Below are positions 8,139 through 15,525 of a stretch of 48,350 nt of DNA, piece by piece. The DNA is from Thermoplasmata archaeon. Lineage in GTDB: Archaea; Thermoplasmatota; Thermoplasmata; RBG-16-68-12. The DNA lies in contig DASQGG010000181.1 in NCBI GenBank assembly GCA_035632695.1, forward strand, positions 1 through 48,350, in the 5' to 3' direction. The position numbers and the translations under genes were made by a program. The notes under the pieces are model-generated. The model saw only the letters and a program-made list of their open reading frames with translations, was not told where the DNA came from and did no database searches. The number at the start of each line of letters is the position of its first letter. Within the stretch, counting starts at the first letter, position 1.

Positions 8139-8765
8139 ATGCTGGACACCGCCACCGCCCAGGAACTCGGCGCATTCCTCTTCGTCGCGCCGATCGCGGG
8201 AGCCGCGGCGTTCGGCCGCTCGCTCCTCGGTCCTAGGGGGCGAACCGTCGCGGCGCGGGCACCCGCCCGCGGCACGGAAGCGCTCTGGCTCGGCACCATC
8301 GGGGTCGCCCAGCTCTGGACTCTAGCCGTCGCGCTCGCGCCGGGCTGGTTCTACGCGGACTTGGCCGTCGGTGGGATCCCGCTGTCGACGGGCGTGCAGG
8401 TCACCGGTCTCGTCCTCTGGGGCGTGGCCGCGGGACTGGCCGCGTGGTCCTTCCAGAGCCTGGGCCGGTTCATGACGGTCTCCATCCGGGTCACCGAGGG
8501 CCATGAACTCGTCCAGAAAGGACCCTACGCGCACGTCCGCCATCCTACGTACACGGCCGTCGTCATCCTCGTCGTCGGGCTGGCGCTCGTGTTCCTGAGT
8601 GTTCCCTTGCTGATCGCCGCGTGCGTGGCTGCCCTCCTCGCCCGGCACCGCGCGAACCTCGAGGAGGACCTCCTGCGCTCGCCCGAGGGTTTCGGCGCGG
8701 CGTACGACGCGTATAGGGCCTGCACGGGGCGGTTCCTGCCTCGACTCCGGAGGTCGGGGCCGTGA
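8139..8765 (+). CDS. isoprenylcysteine carboxyl methyltransferase (ICMT/PEMT) family membrane protein
   Basis: Multi-TM protein with HELVQKGPYAHVRHPTYTAVV (family HxLVxxGPYxxxRHPxY motif) and a C-terminal EE..L acidic motif. Confidence 0.85.
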   Translation: MLDTATAQELGAFLFVAPIAGAAAFGRSLLGPRGRTVAARAPARGTEALWLGTIGVAQLWTLAVALAPGWFYADLAVGGIPLSTGVQVTGLVLWGVAAGLAAWSFQSLGRFMTVSIRVTEGHELVQKGPYAHVRHPTYTAVVILVVGLALVFLSVPLLIAACVAALLARHRANLEEDLLRSPEGFGAAYDAYRACTGRFLPRLRRSGP

Positions 8766-9441
8766 GGCTCGGGGGAAGACCGCGGTCGTCACGGGGGCGG
8801 GCCGAGGCATCGGCCGGGCGGTGGCGGAGCGCCTGGCCGCAGAGGGCGCCGCGATGGCGCTCCTGGCCCGGACGCGGAAGGAGCTGGACGAGGCGGCCGG
8901 TGCGATTCGCCGGAAGGGGGGCAAGGCGACGGAAGTCCCTTGCGACCTTGCGGTTCCGGAAGAAATCGCGAATGCGGCACGCACGTGCGTGGACGCGCTC
9001 GGGACCCTCGACGTCCTGGTGAACAACGCCGGAGTGTACGAGGGACTGGGCCGGGCCGCGTAGGTCGATCGGGACAACTACGATCGCACGATGGCGGTGA
9101 ACGTCCGCGCGCCATGGCTCCTCGCGAAGGCGCTGGTGCCGCACATGCAACGCGACGGGAGCATCATCAACGTGACCTCGGGCCTCGCGGACGGCCCCGC
9201 AGCGGGATGCTTCCCGTACTCCCTGAGCAAGTGGGCCTTGGAGGGGTTGTCGAGACAACTCGCGGCAGAGCTCACGCAGCGGGTCAACGTCGTGGACCCC
9301 GGGCTCGTCGTGACCAGGATGTCTGGATTCGCCGGGAAGCAGCCGAATCGAGTCACGGAGGTTTTTGTGTATCTCGCCTCGGACGAATCGCGAGGCGTCA
9401 CGGGCCAGGTGCTCGCAGCGTCGGCGTACGGGACGAGCTAA
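8762..9441 (+). pseudogene. short-chain dehydrogenase/reductase (SDR) disrupted by a 1-nt frameshift and an in-frame TAG
   Basis: GTG 8762 overlaps the ICMT stop (GTGA) but is out of frame with GKTAVVTGAGRGIGRAVAERLAAEG. One extra G in the G5 run 8771..8775 would give MRLGGKTAVVTGAGRGIG. Downstream, NNAGVYEGLGRAA-TAG(9061..9063)-VDRDNYDRTMAVNVRAPW continues in the same frame through the YSLSK catalytic motif. Confidence 0.75.
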
Positions 9442-9470
9442 GCGCCATCACCGCACGTCGTGTCATGTTT

Positions 9471-9503
9471 TCTCAACGTTACAGCATATGCGATTGGTTG
9501 AGA
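9471..9503. repeat. 7-bp inverted repeat TCTCAAC / GTTGAGA with a 19-nt loop
   Basis: Arms at 9471..9477 and 9497..9503. The loop contains ACAGCATATGCG. The repeat lies 33 nt upstream of the aminotransferase ATG 9536. Confidence 0.5.
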
Positions 9504-9535
9504 GGTCCGGGACGACGTACGCTGGAACGATAGCC

Positions 9536-10774
9536 ATGGCGCCCAACCTCGAACCGTTGTTCTCGGAGCGGGCAAAGCTGTTGAAGGCGTCCGATGTCCG
9601 TGAGCTCCTGAAGTACACCCAGGATCCCTCGATCATCAGCTTCGGCGGTGGCCTGCCGAGCCCCGACGCGTTTCCGGTGGAGGACCTCAAGATCATCTTC
9701 GAGGAGCTCCTCCACGAGGACAACACCCCGGCCTTGCAGTACGGCCCGACGCCGGGCGATCCCCTCCTGAAGAGCGCCCTCGCGACGATGATGGCCTCTC
9801 GGGGAATCGCCGCCAAGGCGGACCAGATCATCGTCACCCACGGGGCCCAGCAGGCGCTCGAACTCTTCGGCCGCGTGTTCCTCGACCCCGGCGACATCGC
9901 CATGGTCACCCAGCCTACGTACCTCGGCATCTTCACAGCGATCAGCGTGTACCAGCCCGCGTACCACGGCATCCCGACGGACGAGGAGGGTATCCTGCCC
10001 GACGTGCTCGAGGAGAACCTGCAGGCGCTGGCCATGGACCGCATCCGGCCCAAGTTCGTCTACGTGGTCCCGACGTTCCACAACCCCACGGGCGTGACGA
10101 TGTCCCTGCGCCGTCGCCAGGCCCTCGTGGACCTAGCCGCGGAGTATGAGGTCCCGATCATCGAGGACGACCCGTACTACGACGTGCGCTTCGAGGGAGA
10201 CCCCGTGCCGCCGATCGCCTCGCTGGACAAGGAGGGCTGGGTGATCTACCTGGGCAGCTTCAGCAAGGTTCTGGCGCCGGGCTTCCGCGTGGGCTTCGCG
10301 CACGGCCCCCCGGACCTGATCGCCAAGATGGCCCTCGCGAAACAGGGAGTCGACCTGTTCACGAACGGCTGGGGACAGCGCGTCGCGGAGCGGTACCTGA
10401 GCCTTGGCCTGATGAAGAAACACCTCCCCAAGATCCGCAGGCTGTACCGCCACAAGCGGGACGTCATGCTGGAGGCCCTGAAGGAGACCTGGCCCGAGAA
10501 TGCAACCTGGACGAGACCCCAGGGCGGGTTGTTCCTCTGGACCACGGTCGACCCGAACGTCGACACGAAGGAGCTCCTGCCGCGGGCCGCCGAGAAGGGC
10601 GTCATCTACGTCGCGGGCCACGGCTTCTACGCCGGGAGCCCGGAGATCAACCACATGCGGCTCAACTTCAGCTTCCCGAGCGATGCGAACATCCGCAAGG
10701 GGATCGGTATCCTGGGCGAGGTCCTCCGCGAAGAGAAGGGCACGCCCCAGTTGCTCGCTCCCATCGCCAAGTGA
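9536..10774 (+). CDS. PLP-dependent aminotransferase, class I/II (2-aminoadipate/aromatic aminotransferase-like, COG1167 type)
   Basis: Track ORF 9365..10774 trimmed to ATG 9536 (MAPNLEPLFSERAKLLKASDVRELLKY). YLGSFSKVLAPGFRVGF carries the PLP-lysine SxSK motif. NPTG motif is present. Confidence 0.9.
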   Translation: MAPNLEPLFSERAKLLKASDVRELLKYTQDPSIISFGGGLPSPDAFPVEDLKIIFEELLHEDNTPALQYGPTPGDPLLKSALATMMASRGIAAKADQIIVTHGAQQALELFGRVFLDPGDIAMVTQPTYLGIFTAISVYQPAYHGIPTDEEGILPDVLEENLQALAMDRIRPKFVYVVPTFHNPTGVTMSLRRRQALVDLAAEYEVPIIEDDPYYDVRFEGDPVPPIASLDKEGWVIYLGSFSKVLAPGFRVGFAHGPPDLIAKMALAKQGVDLFTNGWGQRVAERYLSLGLMKKHLPKIRRLYRHKRDVMLEALKETWPENATWTRPQGGLFLWTTVDPNVDTKELLPRAAEKGVIYVAGHGFYAGSPEINHMRLNFSFPSDANIRKGIGILGEVLREEKGTPQLLAPIAK

Positions 10775-10783
10775 GCCGCTGGA

Positions 10784-12439
10784 TCAGGACTCGGACCCGT
10801 CGAACGCCGTGAGCGTGGGCTGCCGCGTCTTGGGCCGGACCAGGTCTGTGACTCGAACGCCCAGGAGCCTCACCTTCCGCCCGCGAGATTCGAACTCCTT
10901 GACCAGGTCGCGGGCCACGGCCCTGAGCGCAGCCTCGTCGAGGATGTGGCTCGGTAGTTTCCTCTCCCGCAGGTGCGTCTGGAAGCCCTCGAACCGGATC
11001 TTGATGCCTGCGTTCCCGAATGACGCGCCCTGTCCCTTGGCCCGCAGGTACACGTTGTGAGCGATGCTGTCCAGGGTCTCCAGGACGACGGACCAGTCGG
11101 CCACGTCCCGGTCGAACGTCCGCTCGACGCTGATGCTCTTCGGATCGGGCCGTTCTTCCACGGGCATCTGCTCGATGCCCTTCGCAATCCCCCAGAGCCA
11201 GACCGAGTTCTTCCCCAAAAGCTTCTTGAGCTCCCCGCCGGGGAACGCCGCGAGCTGGCCAATCGTTGTGACGCCCGCGTGCTCGAGGATCTGGGCGGTT
11301 TTCGTGCCGACGCCACTGATCCGTGTCACCGGGAGCGGCTCGAGGAAGATCGGCACCTCTTCGGGTCGGATGACGAGGAGGCCGTCCGGCTTCGCGAGGT
11401 CGGACGCGATCTTCGCGGTCGACTTGTTCGGCGCCGCGCCGATTGTGCATGCGAGGCCCTCCCGGTCTTGGACCGCGGTCTTCACCCGCCGCCCATAGTC
11501 GGCCGCCGCGTCGAAGCCCGTAACCTTCGGCGTGACCTCGAGGAACGCCTCGTCGATGCTCGAGTGTTCAAGGATGTCCGCGTGCTCCCGGAGCACGCCC
11601 ATCACGCTCTCGGACACGGAGCCGTAGAGGTCGTAGTTCGGCGGCAGGTAGACGGCATCGGGAAGCTTCTTCCACGCTAGGCTGATCGGCATGCCACTGC
11701 GGATGCCGAGTCCACGGGCTTCGTAGCTACAGGCCATCACCACGCCGCGGCCTTTCCCGCCCTTCGGGTCCGCCCCGACGATCACGGGTTTGCCAACGAG
11801 CTCGGGCTGCTCCCGCCGCTCCACGCTGACGTAGAAGGCATCCATGTCCACGTGGAAGATCACACGCCAAGGCCCCGCCCCGGCGGACTCCCTGCGGGCC
11901 TCCGCGAGCACGGCCTCGATGAACGGCCCCTTGGCATCCGTGTAGCCTACCCGATCCGACGTGTACCGAGCGGCGAACTCCTGCTTCAGGGACGCGTACG
12001 CAGCGGCGCGATCCGGATGGGCTCGGAGGAAGTTGCGGAAGAGAACATGCCCCATCCAGAAGGGACTCGCAAATTCGACCATGTGGATGTGGAAGGTACG
12101 GCTGCCCGGCGGCCCTTTGTGGAAGTAGCGCCGCTCCGGGATCGTGGCCTCGCCGTCGGGACGGTACACGTAGCCGAACGATTCGAGGGCGGCGATGCAC
12201 GGCGGGGCCTCGCTCAGCCGACGGATCCCGACCATGATGTCGATCGTGGGCTTCGACCGGAGGCCGGGCACTGCGGTGCTGCCGACGTGCTCGATCGCGA
12301 GGACGCGGTCCCCGAGGGCCGTGGCGACCGCCTCTTTCTCCTCCGCGAAGCGCTGAGGCCACGAGGGATCGTAGGGCACGAGGACGACCGGATAGCCTTG
12401 GCTCGATTCCGGGGTGGGGGAGGACATCGCGATCCTCAC
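10784..12439 (-). CDS. dinB: GrpB (UPF0157) domain fused to DNA polymerase IV (Y-family, DinB/Dpo4)
   Basis: One 551-codon ORF. Residues ~15-180 are GrpB-like (VLVPYDPSWPQRF, IEHVGSTAVPGL, KPTIDIMV, FHIHMV). Residues ~193-551 are a complete Y-family polymerase (IFHVDMDAFYVSVE, SSIDEAFLEV, little-finger C-terminus). An internal GTG at 11863 could also start a stand-alone DinB. Alternative N-terminal start ATG 12427. Confidence 0.85.
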   Translation of the reverse strand: MRIAMSSPTPESSQGYPVVLVPYDPSWPQRFAEEKEAVATALGDRVLAIEHVGSTAVPGLRSKPTIDIMVGIRRLSEAPPCIAALESFGYVYRPDGEATIPERRYFHKGPPGSRTFHIHMVEFASPFWMGHVLFRNFLRAHPDRAAAYASLKQEFAARYTSDRVGYTDAKGPFIEAVLAEARRESAGAGPWRVIFHVDMDAFYVSVERREQPELVGKPVIVGADPKGGKGRGVVMACSYEARGLGIRSGMPISLAWKKLPDAVYLPPNYDLYGSVSESVMGVLREHADILEHSSIDEAFLEVTPKVTGFDAAADYGRRVKTAVQDREGLACTIGAAPNKSTAKIASDLAKPDGLLVIRPEEVPIFLEPLPVTRISGVGTKTAQILEHAGVTTIGQLAAFPGGELKKLLGKNSVWLWGIAKGIEQMPVEERPDPKSISVERTFDRDVADWSVVLETLDSIAHNVYLRAKGQGASFGNAGIKIRFEGFQTHLRERKLPSHILDEAALRAVARDLVKEFESRGRKVRLLGVRVTDLVRPKTRQPTLTAFDGSES

Positions 12440-12446
12440 CGGGAGC

Positions 12447-13262
12447 TCATCCGAAGTCCACCAGGCTCTTCTGGCCCGCTGCGCCGCCCTGGGCGGGGAA
12501 CTCGTATTCCATGAGGCCGGCGAGCCGCCGGAACTCGTTCACGCTCCCGGGGCCGAAGCCGGCGTAATGGTTGTTGAAGAAGACCATGGCTCCCTTGACC
12601 GAGTCCGCGGCGTCCTCGAGCTCCTTGTACCACGCGCGCATCTCCGCGGACTTGTCCTTCTGGACCTCGTGGAACTCCGTGATCTCGCGGTCCCCGACCA
12701 TTCGGAGGTAGACCGAGTCCGACGTCACCGCGGACGGACTCTTGAGGTACTGGTTCTCCGTCCAGACCATGGTCACGTTGCGGTCTCGCAGGAGGCTGTA
12801 CACATCCTCGCGGAACCAGGACGCGTGCCGGAACTCGACCGCGTGGCTGTACTTCGGGTCTAGGGACTTCACGAAGTCTTGCATCACGGTCCAGTCGCGG
12901 TCGTACTTAATCGATGGCGGGAGCTGGGCGACGAGGAAGCTCGCCTTCTCCTTGAGCTCCTTCGCGGACGCATAGAACCAGCCGAGCGGCTCCGCGACCT
13001 GCCGGAGCTTCTTCTCGTGCGTGATCCGCTTGGGCATCTTCATCGTGAACAGGAACCCTGGCGGCGTCGCCTTGTACCAGGCCTTCGTCGTAGCGGGGCC
13101 CGGGTTGCGGTAGAACGAGGAGTCGACCTCAACGGCATCGAAGACCCTGGAATACAGCGGGAGGTACTCCGACTTCGGCGTGTCCTTCGGGTAGAAGCTC
13201 CCGAGCCAGTCGTCGTATCCCCAGCCGCTGCATCCGACGCGGAGCTTCTCCTTGAGGTCCAT
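12447..13262 (-). CDS. DUF72 (UPF0759, YecE-like) family protein
   Basis: VGCSGWGYDDWLGSFYP at the N-terminus is the DUF72 signature. 271 aa. Its stop lies 7 nt upstream of the GrpB-DinB ORF start. Confidence 0.85.
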   Translation of the reverse strand: MDLKEKLRVGCSGWGYDDWLGSFYPKDTPKSEYLPLYSRVFDAVEVDSSFYRNPGPATTKAWYKATPPGFLFTMKMPKRITHEKKLRQVAEPLGWFYASAKELKEKASFLVAQLPPSIKYDRDWTVMQDFVKSLDPKYSHAVEFRHASWFREDVYSLLRDRNVTMVWTENQYLKSPSAVTSDSVYLRMVGDREITEFHEVQKDKSAEMRAWYKELEDAADSVKGAMVFFNNHYAGFGPGSVNEFRRLAGLMEYEFPAQGGAAGQKSLVDFG

Positions 13263-13290
13263 CGGAGGCGAGAGGATGGCGGCCGCGGCA

Positions 13291-13300
13291 GATTAAGGCT
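13291..13300 (-). promoter_or_regulatory. TATA-like box (AGCCTTAATC on the minus strand) for DUF72
   Basis: Proximal edge 29 nt from ATG 13262. Nearly identical to the box upstream of purE. Confidence 0.45.
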
Positions 13301-13332
13301 TGCCGAATGCAGGCGCGCGGGTCTGCGCCGCC

Positions 13333-13584
13333 TCAGTCGCGGGCGTGAGGCAGGACGCGCGCGAGGATCGCTTCCAGGCGCGTGAGCCTGTATGAGGCAT
13401 CGGTCGTGATGACGCTGATGACCACGCTCGCGGCACCGCCGATCACGAAGCGCCTCCCCCGGAATTCCGCGTCGCGGACGTGCTCCCGGCAGCCGCCGTC
13501 CCCTGGGTACCGCAGCCCTCCGAGAATCTCCGGAGGCGGGCCTGACGATGAACGCCGACGCCGTGGAGCGCGGCCGGGAGACAC
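13333..13584 (-). CDS. hypothetical protein or gene remnant; only the distal ~65 codons look coding
   Basis: GC3 is very high from ...EILGGLRYPGDGGCREHVRDAEFRGRRFVIGGAASVVISVITTDASYRLTRLEAILARVLPHARD. The N-terminal part from GTG 13584 is Arg/Ser/Pro-rich and looks non-coding. No family recognised. Confidence 0.3.
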   Translation of the reverse strand: MSPGRAPRRRRSSSGPPPEILGGLRYPGDGGCREHVRDAEFRGRRFVIGGAASVVISVITTDASYRLTRLEAILARVLPHARD

Positions 13585-13622
13585 CGGAAGGCTGAAATCG
13601 GCTCCGGCGCTTTGGCGCGGCG

Positions 13623-14861
13623 ATGTCCGAGCTCGCCGAACGCGGCGCCCGGCGCCTCGAGTGGGCGCGGGACCACATGCCCGTCCTCGCCGCCATTCGG
13701 ACGGAGCTCCAGAGGTCCAAAATCCTCAAGGGGCTCCGGATCGGCATGGCGCTCCACACGGAGGCCAAGACCGGCGTGCTCGCGCTCACGCTCCGGGAGG
13801 CCGGGGCGGACGTCCGCCTAGCCTCCTGCAACCCCCTGTCCACGGACGACAGCGTCGCGGCCGCCCTCAAGGAGGTCCACGGCCTCGACGTGTACGCGAA
13901 GAAGTGGCAGACCGCGGAGGAGTACTACGAGAACCTGCACAAGGTCCTCGACCTGAAGCCCGACCTCGTGATCGACGATGGCGCCGACCTTATCTTCCTC
14001 TTGCACACGAAACGCCGCGAACTCCTCGACCGCGTACGCGGCGGCAACGAGGAGACGACCACGGGCATCATCCGCCTGCGGGCCATGGAGAAAGACGGCG
14101 AACTCAAGTTTCCCGTCATCGACGTGAACGACGCGAAGATGAAGCATCTCTTCGACAACCGATACGGCACGGGCCAGAGCACCTTCGACGGGATCATGAA
14201 CGCGACGAATCTCCTGGTCGCCGGCAAGGCGTTCGTCGTCGCGGGCTACGGATGGTGCGGGCGCGGAATCGCCATGCGGGCCAAGGGGATGGGCGCCCGC
14301 GTGATCGTCACGGAGGTCGACCCCGTGCGGGCCATCGAGGCCACGATGGACGGGTACGAGGTCCTTCCCATGTCCCAAGCCGCGAAGGTCGCGGACTTCA
14401 TCGTGACCGCCACCGGCGACAAGGACATCGTGACCGCGAAGCACTTCCCTGCGCTCAAGGACGGCGTCGTACTCGCGAACGCGGGACATTTCAACAACGA
14501 AATCTCCATCAAGGATCTCGAACAGGCGGCGAAGACGAAACGCCGCGTGCGGGAGTTCGTTGACGAGTATACCTTGACCGGGGGCAAGCGCATCGACGTC
14601 CTCGCGGAGGGACGCCTCGTGAACCTGGCCGCAGGCCAGGGCCATCCCGTGGAGATCATGGACATGAGCTTCGCCATCCAGGCGGTCAGCGCGGCCCACC
14701 TGGCCAAGCATGCAGGCGAGCTCGAGCATCGTGTCTACGCGGTGCCCGAAACGCTGGACAACCAGGTGGCCCAGCTCAAGCTCAAGACCATGGGGATCCG
14801 CATCGACTCCCTCTCCCGCGCCCAGAAGACGTACTTGGAGTCGTGGCACGAGGGCACCTGA
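13623..14861 (+). CDS. ahcY: adenosylhomocysteinase (archaeal short type; may act on S-inosylhomocysteine)
   Basis: 412 aa. NAD-binding VVAGYGWCGRGIAMRAKGMGARVIVTE, GHFNNEI, and C-terminal YLESWHEGT, as in archaeal AhcY. Confidence 0.95.
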   Translation: MSELAERGARRLEWARDHMPVLAAIRTELQRSKILKGLRIGMALHTEAKTGVLALTLREAGADVRLASCNPLSTDDSVAAALKEVHGLDVYAKKWQTAEEYYENLHKVLDLKPDLVIDDGADLIFLLHTKRRELLDRVRGGNEETTTGIIRLRAMEKDGELKFPVIDVNDAKMKHLFDNRYGTGQSTFDGIMNATNLLVAGKAFVVAGYGWCGRGIAMRAKGMGARVIVTEVDPVRAIEATMDGYEVLPMSQAAKVADFIVTATGDKDIVTAKHFPALKDGVVLANAGHFNNEISIKDLEQAAKTKRRVREFVDEYTLTGGKRIDVLAEGRLVNLAAGQGHPVEIMDMSFAIQAVSAAHLAKHAGELEHRVYAVPETLDNQVAQLKLKTMGIRIDSLSRAQKTYLESWHEGT

Positions 14862-14871
14862 TCCCGTCCGG

Positions 14872-15525
14872 ATCCCGACAGGGTCCGCGAAGCGAGCGGT
14901 CCTGACCGACTTCGACGGGACCGTGACCCGCACCGACGTCGCGGAGGATATCCTGGAGGAGTTCGCACCGCCCGAGTGGTGGGAGATCGAGGAGGAACAC
15001 CGGGCCCGGAAGATCGGGACGCGGGAGACCATGGTTCGCCAGTTCGCCCTCGTCCACGCGAGCGAGGCGGACATGCTTCGGTTCGTCGATGCGCACGTGC
15101 GTCTGGATGGGACCTTCCCCCCGTTCGTGGCCTATTGCGAGAGCCGAGGGATCCTCCTCGAGATCGTGAGCGAGGGGCTCGACTTCTACCTCCGCCACCT
15201 GTTGGAGAAGTGGCGGATCGCGGTGCCCGTACGCACGAACCGGACGACGTTCGAGGGCGGTCGGGTGACGATCGCTTATCCGTATGCGGATCCGACGTGC
15301 AACCTCTGCGGCACGTGCAAGCTCCGCCGGCTCTTTGAGCTGCGAGTCCAGGGGCACCAGGTCGTCTACGTCGGGGACGGGCACTCGGACCTCTGCCCCG
15401 CGATCGAGGCCGACGTGGTCTTCGCGAAGAAAGAACTCGCGGAGCTGTGCCGCGAGGAAGAGATCGTATTCATCCCCTTCGACAGCTTTGCGGACGTCCA
15501 GCGGGAGATGGACCGGTGGCCGTGA
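14872..15525 (+). CDS. HAD-superfamily phosphatase, MtnX/phosphoserine-phosphatase-like (HAD-IB)
   Basis: AVLTDFDGTVTRTDV (DxDxT motif I), CNLCGTCK, and VYVGDGHSDLCPA (motif IV). There is no ATG, GTG or TTG in any frame between the ahcY stop (14861) and the DFDG motif (14905). The coordinate starts at in-frame ATC 14872 and is provisional. Confidence 0.7.
   Translation: MPTGSAKRAVLTDFDGTVTRTDVAEDILEEFAPPEWWEIEEEHRARKIGTRETMVRQFALVHASEADMLRFVDAHVRLDGTFPPFVAYCESRGILLEIVSEGLDFYLRHLLEKWRIAVPVRTNRTTFEGGRVTIAYPYADPTCNLCGTCKLRRLFELRVQGHQVVYVGDGHSDLCPAIEADVVFAKKELAELCREEEIVFIPFDSFADVQREMDRWP

Noticed and set aside
13404-13424. GTGATGA-CG-CTGATGA resembling C/C' boxes of an archaeal C/D sRNA
   Set aside because: The two boxes are only 2 nt apart. 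There is no D/D' CUGA at the required 10-12 nt guide spacing, and no terminal stem. The sequence also lies inside the coding-like minus-strand segment.
14850-14875. Programmed +1 frameshift at the ahcY stop producing an AhcY-HAD fusion
   Set aside because: The HAD frame is +1 relative to ahcY. However, the site (GGC ACC TGA TCC) has no slippery re-pairing potential and no stimulatory element that I can see. AhcY also ends at its normal conserved C-terminus (YLESWHEGT).
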